NCBI GenBank assembly: GCA_029243025.1 | Contig: JAQWSU010000018.1 | Location: forward strand, 25,558 to 89,557 | Direction: 5' to 3' | DNA: 64,000 nucleotides | Source: Pirellulaceae bacterium | Lineage (GTDB): Bacteria; Planctomycetota; Planctomycetia; Pirellulales; Pirellulaceae | The notes under the pieces: model-generated | What the model was told of the DNA's origin: nothing | The model's input: only the letters and a program-made list of their open reading frames with translations | Database searches by the model: none | Made by a program: the position numbers and the translations under genes | Shown: positions 1 to 9,838 of the stretch, piece after piece | Numbering within the stretch: the first letter of the stretch is position 1 | Layout of the letters: every line of letters starts with the position of its first letter

Positions 1-3000
1 AAATTCGCCATCGCCATTCCAATCACCTTCGGCGAACGTTGAATTCCCATTCTGGCTGTCTTCATATTCGCGGGAAGCGACCACCAGCGAGATATCATCC
101 CTATCAAAGACGCCGTCGCCATTCGAGTCACCAATCACAGCAGAATCAGGAACGCGCCCAGGCGTGCCTCCTGAGTAGCGGCTTGGCTGCCAACTCTTTG
201 CTGAACTCCACGCTGCCAAATCCAATTGAGTCGGATTAATAATTTCCAATGAAAACCCGCCACCGTCTGTCGCAGGCAGCCAGAGATCATCGTAAGCAAA
301 AGATTGTATGACTTGCTCATCCACGGCAAGCGTCACCAACTCGCCGCCGTTCCCCAATCGCCCACTCCACTGCCCCGCCACGCGAGTCGAATGACCGTAC
401 CGAGTGGCAAACGCATCAAGGTTCTCGACAACGACGGCATGCTCACCTGGCGCCAAACGCTCAATGTCACTTCCGACAAATTCGAAAGCGATCCCTTGAT
501 CATTAAGACGTTCCAAGCTCACCCGACTCAAATCAATGGCTGAGGATCCAATGTTAACGAGTTCAATAAACTCGAATTCGTCATTATCAGTGAACCCGGC
601 CTCTATTTCGATCGCCGTCGGCGCGGCCGGGTTGTAATGTATCTCGCTAATCCTGAGTGATTCCGCAGAGGCGGGAACCGTCGGCGTTAGAAAGACGGCC
701 TCGCTCAAGGCAGACCACACACCATCGAGCCGGATCCGGGCTTTGATGCGCGTGTCGCCGACCAGGGCGACTGGCGTCTCGTAGCGCCAAGCCGCTGGAT
801 TCAATCCCCCACCTGATTGTCGAGGATCCCTCCCATCGGTTGTGAAATAGATCATCCCCTCCGCCGAATTCAATTGCAACTCAAAGCCCGCCTCGATCTC
901 CCCGCCAAATTGATTGAAGCTAGGCGCAGCAACTTTAGGAAAGATATCACGACGTTGAAGCTGTTTAAGAACGGTCTCAGTGCGATGAGGAAAATAAGTT
1001 TCGCGAAGACGATCCAATTCATTTTGCCATTCGACCTGCGGCGTGTAGGGACGCGAGGCGCGTTTTGCATCTCCCCAACGGGCTGATTCAGCCACCAACG
1101 GCAAAGCGATTTCACCTGCTCGCGCCATCCACCTCGCTTCGGCTGATTCCGGGGTCAGCAGTCCATCATTGAAAAAATGTCGCTGAACATGATCGGCAAA
1201 CAGCATACGATAATCACGATTCTTGAGCAGTCGCTGGTGGAGTTCTGTGGGCTGTAGCCGGTTGGAAATAGAAACACGAGAATCCGCGGGACTCAAGAAG
1301 GTGCGTTCGGCATCCCAGGTAAAGAACTGCCATTGGGCGCCGTCCTCACGCTTACGACCTCCAAACCAATTATTGTTATCCCAGTCAACATTTCCGCTGT
1401 AGAAATTGATGAGTAAATAATCGACCAGACTCGGCAGATCAACGTATTGTTGAATCTGTTGATAGGCCGCTTCTGATTCGAGACCATCACGAGCGACGTC
1501 AAACATTTCGTTCCAGATTTCCCGATCTCCGTCAACCGTGCCCCCCTGATGCTGGACCACATCATAGTCCTGTGGCGATCCCCCAAAATGTTCGGCAAAG
1601 TAAGCTGCATTCGGTTTTTCAAAAATGTGATAGAGCCCCCAATACAACCCGTTGATGTAAAGGTGCACATAGCGCTGCGCCACCGTTAATCGCCCCATGG
1701 CTTGTTGGGTGTCACGATGCCATTGATCACGGATGTATTGCGCTTGCTGTTGCTGCGTTGATCGGGGATGAAACCAACTATCACCATTTCCACCGCGCAG
1801 AATGATCGTATCAAAGCGATCGACGGCTCCATTTTCGAACAGAGGAAACTCTAGCTTTCCGGGTCCATACCGTTCCTTGAACAGCAAACGCAAATTATGT
1901 TTGGGGCGATTTGGATTACGACTGGCTCCCCCCTGCACTCTCAAACCGGCATTCACTTGGATCTGAGCGTTTCCATCCGAAGTGATGAACTCCATGGAGG
2001 CAGGTCGCTCCCAGGCCACACCTGCACGTTGTGGATTCGCATAGATTCCCGTCGATCGATCAAACAAGTGATCTAAATCGGTCACAATTGAGATACTGGG
2101 ATGCGACTGAAGAGCAGCCCGCACATTAGGATCGTAGTAATCTGACGTGTCATCGTTGGCAACTCGCGGATCCATCTCATAGTCAGAAAGTCCAGCACTT
2201 CCCCACCGCAATGGAAAGCCCGTCGGCTCAGCAGGCTGAGACAACACATCATCAAGGAACAAATACGAATAGGTAATCGATTCCGACGGCACCCGATCGC
2301 CTCGGAAAGCACCTGCGCGAAGCGTCGTGGTCGTACCAACCTGGATCGCCTCCTGATATTCCAACCCATTCGTCAACGTCGGAGTCGAACCGTCCAACGT
2401 GTAACGAATCGAACTACCAACCGTTTCCGTCTCGAGTCGGACCTCAAATCCGGCGTCAAAGTAACCGGAGGCGACAGAAGCCTGGGGAGACTGAACAATC
2501 GCCTCCCAGGAAAGCCCTGCCGTAGGCTTACCCGGCGTCGGACTCATCAGATACTTCCACTCTCCATCCACTCGACCAAAGGAAACATCAGCCGTTTGGA
2601 TCGGATATTGAGGAGCAACTTCATCAATCACGATGCGGTCGGGCGATGCGAGGCTCAAGTAATCACCCGATGCATCAAGCTTGAAATTTACGTGTAACAT
2701 CCCAAGCTCGTCCAACAATGGATCTGGAATATCCAGTCCCGAGGCGAAGACCACAAGAAATCCATTGGCATCCACGATCGTCCCAACTGGAAATGCCCAT
2801 TTGGTCCGCTTGTCGGGATTGTCACTCAAATAGTATCCCGACAAATCAACGGATTGGTTCGTTAGGTTCTGTATTTCCAGCCAGTCAGGTGACTCGGGAT
2901 CGCGTCGTGAAAAGGAAGAGTCCGACGTCGGTCGGACTCGAGTCACGAGTGAATTGCCATTCGCAGCCAAGATTTCGCTGATAACCAGGGGTGATTCACC

Positions 3001-4911
3001 AACAAACAAAACCACTTCAGCAGTCGACAACTCGCCTCCTGCGTCACGAACTTGATACTTAAATGTGTCGCGACCTTGAAAACCCCGCTCGGCGCGATAA
3101 ACAAAGGACCCGTCGGTTGCCAGAGAAATCTGACCGCTCGTCGGTGGACGAATCACACTGGCACTTAACGATTGTCGTTCGATATCTGCATCGTTCACCA
3201 ACACACCACGATCTGACATTACGTCCAACGTCCCGGTTGCATCTGCGAAATAGAGATCGTCAACGGCAGATGGTGGATCATTGACCGGTAAGACCTGGAC
3301 CTGCACGGCAACCGGTAGTGACGCATCTACTCCATCCGTAACCTGGTAACTGAATTGATCTTCACCAAAAAAATTCTCCGGGGGCACTACGATCAAGGAT
3401 CCATCTGCCGCCAATGCCAAATCAACATGCTTGGGGGCGGCAACGAGGATTGCTTGCAATGAGTCACCATCCTCGTCCACGTCATTAACGAGCAGACCTT
3501 GAAGCGACGTGAGAGAAAGCACCTGATCCTCTTCGAGACGAATCAGGTCGGGGATGGCAACCGGTGATGAGTTAACAACAATCGAAACAGCAATCGGATT
3601 GGACACCCCTACCCCATCTTCGACTTGATAATGAAAAGTCGCAGTACCGACCTCGCCGAGAGGATCAAACGTCAAGGAACCGTCTGAATTGAGAACGAGC
3701 TGGCCGAAAGAGGGCTCATCAACCAACACTGCCTGCAAGGGCAAATCATCAACACTGAAATCGTTTGCGAGCACACCATCTATCGACGACAACTTGAGCG
3801 CCGCAGTAGGGATCGCCTTGTACTCATCGGCAACACCATTCGGCAGGTCATGCACTGAATTGACTTTCACCCTGACCGTTGCTGGCTCCGAACCTCGAAA
3901 GTCAACGGCCTGATACGTGAACGTATCAACACCGAAAAAATCCGCATCGGGATCATACAAAAAGGAGCCGTCAGGATTCAAACCAAGCGTTCCATGCAGC
4001 GGCAATCGATCAACTCGCGTCGTGATCGGATCACCGTCAGCATCCGTATCATTGGCAAGCACGCCACTGTCACCGCCGACAAACAAGAACGAGTCTTCGA
4101 GCATCTCGTAATCATCATCCAACGCGAGCGGAGGAGAATTCTGATAGAAGTCCGTGATTTCTGCGTAGACCTCTGCTGCCTCGGCAACAGTCAGTGCTCC
4201 ATCGTAAATCTGAATCTCAGCAATCTCTCCCCGAAATTGCTCGCTTCGACTTAGATTTTGACCGATGTCGAACGCCGTCACATCACGGGCTGCGGTACTC
4301 GCCCCGTCCGCGACCACCGCGGCCCCATCATCCACCCTCAAGGTTAATTGGTCCACTTGCCGACTTACGATCACAACATGAAACTCACCATCATTTAGGC
4401 TATTCGAAGCTGAAAGCAAAGAGGTCGATGGTTGTCCCAGACCTGCCCCCAATCCGGTGGCGACCTGTCCGGTCGACATCAAGCTGATCCCCCAATCCTG
4501 AGAAAAACCCAAGCTATTGGCATGAACTAACCCCGCACCTTGATACCAGGACTCAGCAAGATTCGTCGTGCGTTGATCGGAGGCAAACATCACAACAAGC
4601 GAGAAGTCGTTGGCGTTGGAGAGCGGACTAACCGCCGACGATACGCGAAAACCGTCCTGACCGCCAGCGGAGTCAAATCGGATGCTCGCTCTGCCACCCA
4701 TCCCATCGTGAATCACAACGGGTGCCCCTGAACCAACCGCAGCCACTCCATTCACTCGATCGGTCCACTCCGCGACTGACTCTCCATCTGCGTGACGATC
4801 CACAAGATCATCAGCACGCCAATGCGTCACCAAATCACCAGCCAACAAAAGCCTCGGCTCAACAGACTCAAAACAAAATGGCTCTCTCACTCGCCGCCCA
4901 GAAGAACGCAT
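1..4911 (-). CDS. Giant secreted multidomain protein, 3' end truncated by window edge: LamG-like lectin domain, tandem Ig/cadherin-like (tandem-95/VCBS-type) repeats, lamin-tail domain (LTD), Fn3-associated/CHB_HEX_C-like domain, CotH kinase-like domain, second LTD, dockerin/EF-hand-like repeats
   Basis: Absent from the ORF track because no stop codon lies inside the window. Manual reverse-complement translation from the ATG at 4911-4909 (in-frame TAG immediately upstream) gives MRSSGRRVREPFCFESVEPRLLLAGDLVTHWRADDL... Stretches sampled in the same frame: GEFHVVIVSRQVDQLTLRVDDG...FRGEIAEIQIYDGALT (LamG-like); LANDTDADGDPITTRVD and ENFFGEDQFSYQVTDGVDASLPVAVQ (Ig-like repeats); VISEILAANG...PDWLEIQNLTNQSVDLSGYYLSDNP (LTD); GSSIRYTLDGSTPT; YVHLYINGLYWGLYHIFEKPN (CotH hallmark); EFEFIELVNIGSSAIDLSRV (LTD); GDSNGDGVFDRDDI and GDWNGDGEF (dockerin-like). 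All listed ORFs in 1-4900 are short and in other frames. The frame was sampled, not checked codon by codon. Confidence 0.9.
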   Translation of the reverse strand, partial: MRSSGRRVREPFCFESVEPRLLLAGDLVTHWRADDLVDRHADGESVAEWTDRVNGVAAVGSGAPVVIHDGMGGRASIRFDSAGGQDGFRVSSAVSPLSNANDFSLVVMFASDQRTTNLAESWYQGAGLVHANSLGFSQDWGISLMSTGQVATGLGAGLGQPSTSLLSASNSLNDGEFHVVIVSRQVDQLTLRVDDGAAVVADGASTAARDVTAFDIGQNLSRSEQFRGEIAEIQIYDGALTVAEAAEVYAEITDFYQNSPPLALDDDYEMLEDSFLFVGGDSGVLANDTDADGDPITTRVDRLPLHGTLGLNPDGSFLYDPDADFFGVDTFTYQAVDFRGSEPATVRVKVNSVHDLPNGVADEYKAIPTAALKLSSIDGVLANDFSVDDLPLQAVLVDEPSFGQLVLNSDGSLTFDPLGEVGTATFHYQVEDGVGVSNPIAVSIVVNSSPVAIPDLIRLEEDQVLSLTSLQGLLVNDVDEDGDSLQAILVAAPKHVDLALAADGSLIVVPPENFFGEDQFSYQVTDGVDASLPVAVQVQVLPVNDPPSAVDDLYFADATGTLDVMSDRGVLVNDADIERQSLSASVIRPPTSGQISLATDGSFVYRAERGFQGRDTFKYQVRDAGGELSTAEVVLFVGESPLVISEILAANGNSLVTRVRPTSDSSFSRRDPESPDWLEIQNLTNQSVDLSGYYLSDNPDKRTKWAFPVGTIVDANGFLVVFASGLDIPDPLLDELGMLHVNFKLDASGDYLSLASPDRIVIDEVAPQYPIQTADVSFGRVDGEWKYLMSPTPGKPTAGLSWEAIVQSPQASVASGYFDAGFEVRLETETVGSSIRYTLDGSTPTLTNGLEYQEAIQVGTTTTLRAGAFRGDRVPSESITYSYLFLDDVLSQPAEPTGFPLRWGSAGLSDYEMDPRVANDDTSDYYDPNVRAALQSHPSISIVTDLDHLFDRSTGIYANPQRAGVAWERPASMEFITSDGNAQIQVNAGLRVQGGASRNPNRPKHNLRLLFKERYGPGKLEFPLFENGAVDRFDTIILRGGNGDSWFHPRSTQQQQAQYIRDQWHRDTQQAMGRLTVAQRYVHLYINGLYWGLYHIFEKPNAAYFAEHFGGSPQDYDVVQHQGGTVDGDREIWNEMFDVARDGLESEAAYQQIQQYVDLPSLVDYLLINFYSGNVDWDNNNWFGGRKREDGAQWQFFTWDAERTFLSPADSRVSISNRLQPTELHQRLLKNRDYRMLFADHVQRHFFNDGLLTPESAEARWMARAGEIALPLVAESARWGDAKRASRPYTPQVEWQNELDRLRETYFPHRTETVLKQLQRRDIFPKVAAPSFNQFGGEIEAGFELQLNSAEGMIYFTTDGRDPRQSGGGLNPAAWRYETPVALVGDTRIKARIRLDGVWSALSEAVFLTPTVPASAESLRISEIHYNPAAPTAIEIEAGFTDNDEFEFIELVNIGSSAIDLSRVSLERLNDQGIAFEFVGSDIERLAPGEHAVVVENLDAFATRYGHSTRVAGQWSGRLGNGGELVTLAVDEQVIQSFAYDDLWLPATDGGGFSLEIINPTQLDLAAWSSAKSWQPSRYSGGTPGRVPDSAVIGDSNGDGVFDRDDISLVVASREYEDSQNGNSTFAEGDWNGDGEF

Positions 4912-5336
4912 CTACACTCCCGTTTCAATTCAACGATCGAAAGATCGATTTAATGACAAGATTTTTTTGCCGAACACTCCAAACCTTCGGCCGCCGGGAA
5001 TCGACTATTCGACCTTATTACACTGGCCGACCAAAAAATCGGCCAGCCATCCGCTCCATGAATCGCGTCCCCCGTCGCACCGATTCTGAAATATCAACAT
5101 GAATCGAGCAAGCGAAATCCAAACAAATGGCGGAAATTCCAAGAGGATTTGCAAAACCAAGATGAGTCCAAGCCGATCTTCAACACCCGAAACAGATCCC
5201 GGTGATTTACACACATTGCTTTACATGTTGCAATATCGGTAACCGACCTTTCATCCCAGCGTTCTGATCGAGGTGAAACCGCTTTTGAAAACTCGACGAG
5301 GACAACCTCTGTCACGACCCATCTGAAAGAACCTCT

Positions 5337-6674
5337 ATGTATTCCCAAACAACAATTTTGTTATCGCTATTAACGCTTGCCTTCTGTTCCAACACCTTCG
5401 GCCAAGTCGTCCAGCGATTCCGTGGCCCAGATGCCACAGGTGTCGTTGCCGATGACCCCCGTTTACCGGATACGTGGTCGAGCGAAGAAAATGTAAAGTG
5501 GAAGACGACCATCCCAGGCTGGGGCTGGTCGAGTCCGATCGTTTTCGGCAACCGTGTATTCGTGACATCGGTCGTCAATGACGAAGATTACGAAAAACCG
5601 AAGCCTGGTCTTTACTTGGGATTTGGGCGACGGAAACCTCCCGAGGGAGAGCATCACTGGATGGTCCACTGTCTTGACCTGGAAACAGGCGAACTGCTTT
5701 GGTCAAGCGAAGCCCATGCGGGTGAACCCCAAATCCCAAGACACCCCAAAAGCACCTACGCAAGTGAAACTCCGGTGACCGATGGAAAGCGATTGTACGT
5801 CTTATTTGGCGACGTTGGGCTTTACTGTTACGACTTAGAAGGAACTCTTCTTTGGTCACAAGAAATCGAACCCAAGAAAACATTATTTGGCTATGGCGCG
5901 GCGGCTTCCCCCGTAGTGCACGATGATTTGGTAATCATGGTGTACGACAACATGGAAGATTCCTACATTGCCGCATTCGATGCCGAAACCGGCGAGGAAA
6001 AGTGGAAGAAAACGCGAGAGGAGAAGAGCACCTGGGCAACTCCCTTCGTTTGGAAGCATGATTTACGGACGGAGGTCATCGTACCCGGAAAGAACAAGAC
6101 GCGATCTTACGACCTGGAAGGTAATGAACTTTGGTCGCTCAAAGCTCCGATGTCGAACCTGGTCATCCCATCCCCTTTCGCTGCCAATGGACTCCTGTAC
6201 GTCACGTCAGGCTACATTGGCGATAAGGAACGTCCGGTTTACGCGATTAAGCCGGGAGCTGAAGGCGAGATTGTCGTCGAAAACGAAGATTCAGAATCCG
6301 AGTTCCTTGCCTGGCATTTGCCGCAAGCCGGACCGTACAACACGTCGCCGATTGTATACCACGATGCCTACTACACACTTTATGATCGCGGCTTCCTCAC
6401 CAGCCACAACGCTGAGAATGGCGAAGAGATTTACGGCAAAAAACGATTTGCCCCTGGTGCCAGCTTTACTGCATCACCTTGGGCTTACAATGGGAAGCTC
6501 TTTTTCCTGAGCGAAGAAGGCGATACTTATGTAGTTAGTGCCGAACAGGAATTCGATCTCATCAAGACAAACTCTCTCGACGAACTCTGCATCGCAACCC
6601 CTTACGTGAGCCAAGGAAATCTGCTGATCCGTACCGCTACTCAGGTCTACTGCCTCACCAACCCGACTCCCTAG
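5337..6674 (+). CDS. PQQ-like (BamB-like) beta-propeller repeat protein, secreted
   Basis: 445-aa ORF with a signal-like N-terminus MYSQTTILLSLLTLAFCSNTFG. Repeated blade motifs: WKTTIPGWGWSSPIVFGNRVFVTS, LYCYDLEGTLLW, YIAAFDAETGEEKW, RSYDLEGNELW, LLYVTSG. Confidence 0.85.
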   Translation: MYSQTTILLSLLTLAFCSNTFGQVVQRFRGPDATGVVADDPRLPDTWSSEENVKWKTTIPGWGWSSPIVFGNRVFVTSVVNDEDYEKPKPGLYLGFGRRKPPEGEHHWMVHCLDLETGELLWSSEAHAGEPQIPRHPKSTYASETPVTDGKRLYVLFGDVGLYCYDLEGTLLWSQEIEPKKTLFGYGAAASPVVHDDLVIMVYDNMEDSYIAAFDAETGEEKWKKTREEKSTWATPFVWKHDLRTEVIVPGKNKTRSYDLEGNELWSLKAPMSNLVIPSPFAANGLLYVTSGYIGDKERPVYAIKPGAEGEIVVENEDSESEFLAWHLPQAGPYNTSPIVYHDAYYTLYDRGFLTSHNAENGEEIYGKKRFAPGASFTASPWAYNGKLFFLSEEGDTYVVSAEQEFDLIKTNSLDELCIATPYVSQGNLLIRTATQVYCLTNPTP

Positions 6675-6736
6675 CAAAAGCCAACGTTTCTTTAAATGAT
6701 TCGTTGGCTTACAAAAGCTCGGCCAGCCCTCAGCGA

Positions 6737-7006
6737 CTACAACTCGAGCGAAGAACTAGCTGTCATCCCGAAAAGGACGAGGAACAACACAAAACCGATG
6801 AGACCGAGCACGATCAAGGCTGTGCCGACCATTCCCATATACATCCCGGCCTGAGTCATTCCCTTTCCCTCAGGATCCATCTGGCCGGCGTCCATTTGTT
6901 GCAAATCCTTTTTGCCCATCAGCCAAGCAACAGGAGCGCACAACTGGCAAAAAACAATCCCCAAGATTCCTAGCACAAGTACCAAGGCACCACGATGCGG
7001 TTGCAT
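6737..7006 (-). CDS. Small membrane protein, DUF4190-like (two TM segments)
   Basis: MQPHRGALVLVLGILGIVFCQLCAPVAWLMGKKDLQQMD...MVGTALIVLGLIGFVLFLVLFG. A GGGAG Shine-Dalgarno lies about 7 nt upstream of the ATG at 7006. The track ORF extends to 7105, but that extension has no RBS. Confidence 0.6.
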   Translation of the reverse strand: MQPHRGALVLVLGILGIVFCQLCAPVAWLMGKKDLQQMDAGQMDPEGKGMTQAGMYMGMVGTALIVLGLIGFVLFLVLFGMTASSSLEL

Positions 7007-7568
7007 AGCATGACTCCCATTCAAAGCTATTGTGTATGAAACGACAGACGAAAACGTAAACCGGTCAGGAATTGCTGTAAACAGCGATATCTTATCGATC
7101 CTCACCCATCGGTTTGCGAGTCATTCGTCCTCGCCCCCCGAATCTTGCCGCCTCGCGGCATTTTCCGATACTTTTATTCTGCAGGTACCATTTACCCCAG
7201 TCCACAAGTCAGGCACAAATCGAAGCATTCAACGCCAGTCGCTGTGGAAATCGTCTCATCGGGAGTACTAATCAGGCTTTTCCCTGGCCGCATCGTCGGC
7301 TAATGCTCCTAGCTGCCATCCTTGTTAAAACAAGTCAAGTACCGACTCGGTCGAGCATCATTACCTGACGAATTCTTCCCACCGATTTACAAAACCCTGT
7401 CGACATCCCAAGGGCCATCCTGCGAAATCCCCAATCGTCTGAATTAGAAGAATACAAACCGGTTGCATGACTTCCATCTGCGATCAAGAATGGCATCAAC
7501 GCCAGCGAGCCGCAACTGGCTTCCCAGCGTAAGCCTCACATCCCGACGAATTCTGATGGGCGAAACTC

Positions 7569-8705
7569 ATGTTTGATTTGCTGCTTACCAACGGTCGAGT
7601 CATCGATTCTTCTCAGGGTCTTGATCAGATCACCAACGTCGCATTTTCCAACGGCAAGGTGGCTGCGATAGGGGAGTCAGCGAATGCAGAGGCAAATCGA
7701 ACGATCGATCTTACGGGACAGATGGTGACTCCCGGATTGATCGACCTGCATACTCATGTCTACTGGGGTGGAACGTCAATCGGCGTAGACCCCAACGCCA
7801 TCTCACGACAATCCGGTTGCACAACGCTCGTCGATGCAGGCACCGCCGGTGCAGCCAACATGCGAGGCTTCCATCGTCATGTCATCCAGCCCGCTACTCC
7901 TAAGATATTGAGTTTCATCAATGTCTCCTTCGCTGGCATCTACGCATTCAGTCAGGATGTCATGGTAGGCGAATGCAGTGATGTTCGTTTGTTAGATGCA
8001 AACGCTTGCCTGCTTGCAGCTCAACAACACGCTGACATTGTGGTCGGCGTCAAAGCGCGCGTAGGCCGAATCGCAGGAGGAAACAGCGGCATCGGACCTC
8101 TGGATATTGCCATCGAGATCGCCCAGGAATTGAGGCTACCGGTGATGGCACATCTCGATCAACCACCACCGAGTCGCCGAGATGTTCTCGATCGCCTACG
8201 ACCGGGTGACATCTTGACGCATTGTTTTCGCCCATTCCCAAATTCACCTATCAATGGCGACGGCAATCCGTTCCCGGAAATCACGGAAGCACGAGAACGC
8301 GGTATCATCTTTGACATTGGCCATGGCATGGGTTCGCTTGGTTTTCAAACAAGTCAACAGATGCTCGAACATTCGTTTCTTCCTGACACAATTTCCAGCG
8401 ATGTCCATGCGTTGTCAATCGATGGGCCGGCCTACGACCTTCTGGTCACCATGTCAAAATTCTTGGCCATGGGAATGACACTAGAAGACGTCATCCGCTG
8501 CACTACCTTGGCCCCCGCAACAGCAATCAATCAACCTCAGCTCGGATCACTCAAATGCGGCTCTGCCGGTGACGCGAGTATTCTCACCTTGGAAGAGGGT
8601 GATTTTGAATTTCACGACGCTTGCGGCAAATCGCTTCGCGGCAACCAACATTTCACCCCAAAAGGCACGGTAATTGACGGAAAATGGTTCGGGGCTAGAA
8701 ATTAA
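7569..8705 (+). CDS. Amidohydrolase/deacetylase-family metallohydrolase (dihydroorotase-like fold)
   Basis: 378 aa. The N-terminal LLLTNGRVID...VTPGLIDLHTHVYWGG metal-binding HxH motif and overall length are typical of the amidohydrolase superfamily. Confidence 0.88.
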   Translation: MFDLLLTNGRVIDSSQGLDQITNVAFSNGKVAAIGESANAEANRTIDLTGQMVTPGLIDLHTHVYWGGTSIGVDPNAISRQSGCTTLVDAGTAGAANMRGFHRHVIQPATPKILSFINVSFAGIYAFSQDVMVGECSDVRLLDANACLLAAQQHADIVVGVKARVGRIAGGNSGIGPLDIAIEIAQELRLPVMAHLDQPPPSRRDVLDRLRPGDILTHCFRPFPNSPINGDGNPFPEITEARERGIIFDIGHGMGSLGFQTSQQMLEHSFLPDTISSDVHALSIDGPAYDLLVTMSKFLAMGMTLEDVIRCTTLAPATAINQPQLGSLKCGSAGDASILTLEEGDFEFHDACGKSLRGNQHFTPKGTVIDGKWFGARN

Positions 8706-8938
8706 ATTCTGAAGCACACAGTCGATGCACCAAGTCGATGCATGCGGCGGACGGCCGTTCTAGTCACGAGCATTCGTTTGCTTCAGGCCAGTTTACTGTC
8801 ACGCAGAGACTCAAACGCCAAGGCAGAAAAAAACAATCAGGGTACTGACGATCCAGCCAGCCAATCTAGCCAGCGATCAACGAAGCTGCGAGAATGCGGT
8901 TCGGTTTTTCGAGCAAGCACAATTCAAATAAGGAGGCA

Positions 8939-9538
8939 ATGATGATTCGTTTACTGATAGCGTTCTGTGCCCTGCTGACGATGGCATCCCAAGGAATGGC
9001 GATCGAAGCATCGAAGGGAAAAGTCACGAAAAAAGTCTTTTTCGACGTCAGCATTGATGGAAAAAAAGCGGGCCGTATCGTCATCGGATTATTTGGAGAC
9101 GATGTCCCGAAAACAGCCGAGAATTTCCGGGCGCTTTGCACAGCAGAAAAAGGGCAAGGCAAGTCGGGAAAACCATTAAGTTACAAGGGCAGTATTTTCC
9201 ATCGCGTGATCCCAAAGTTCATGCTGCAGGGCGGTGATTTCACCAACGGCAACGGCACGGGTGGCGAAAGCATTTACGGTGAAAAGTTTCCTGATGAGAA
9301 CTTCAAGTTTACGCACGACAGCCCGGGTGTTCTCAGCATGGCAAATTCCGGTCCTAACACGAACGGCTCTCAATTTTTCATCACCACCATCCCCACTCCT
9401 TGGCTTGACGGCATGCACGTCGTCTTTGGCCGTGTGCTCCAAGGAATGAACCTTGTTAAGGCAATTGAGTCTCAGGGATCTCGTTCCGGACGACCGGCCA
9501 AGCAGATTCAGATCACCAATTCGGGTGAATTAAAATAA
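8939..9538 (+). CDS. Cyclophilin-type peptidyl-prolyl cis-trans isomerase, secreted/periplasmic
   Basis: [36 protein letters not shown]...[21 protein letters not shown] is a canonical cyclophilin core. AGGAGG lies directly upstream of the ATG at 8939. Signal peptide [21 protein letters not shown]. The track ORF starts at 8894. Confidence 0.95.
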   Translation: MMIRLLIAFCALLTMASQGMAIEASKGKVTKKVFFDVSIDGKKAGRIVIGLFGDDVPKTAENFRALCTAEKGQGKSGKPLSYKGSIFHRVIPKFMLQGGDFTNGNGTGGESIYGEKFPDENFKFTHDSPGVLSMANSGPNTNGSQFFITTIPTPWLDGMHVVFGRVLQGMNLVKAIESQGSRSGRPAKQIQITNSGELK

Positions 9539-9838
9539 CCGAGTGGACGACCACAACGCTCGGCTGAGTTCGTCGGGCGTTGTCGCGACTTAGCCGCATT
9601 TCCATAGCCATCCCGCCTTTCTAGCGATGACACCCTGCGACTCAGGTTTCTTACGCGACCAACGCGGAGCGGAAAACCTCTTACCTAGCACCCGCTCCGT
9701 ACAAACTTCGCAAAGATGCTAAGAGCCATTAACATCCGAATGACACGGACTCTTCCGACTTCTTGTTCGCGCCGCAACGAAGCACAAGTACACTAAATGG
9801 ATAAATCCAACATCCGTGTCTAGGTTGAGAGCAAACGA

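Noticed and set aside
39-4731. Many short plus- and minus-strand ORFs (60-126 aa) listed across 1-4900.
   Set aside because: All overlap the long minus-strand frame of the giant LamG/CotH/LTD gene. Their compositions are shadow-frame-like (Arg/Ser/Pro-rich) and none carries a motif.
5023-5046. Perfect 8-bp-stem hairpin, ctggccga-ccaaaaaa-tcggccag, in the divergent intergenic region 4912-5336.
   Set aside because: It is not positioned after a gene end, so it is not a terminator, and it is too short to assign as an operator. I recorded it only as a possible regulatory or UTR structure.
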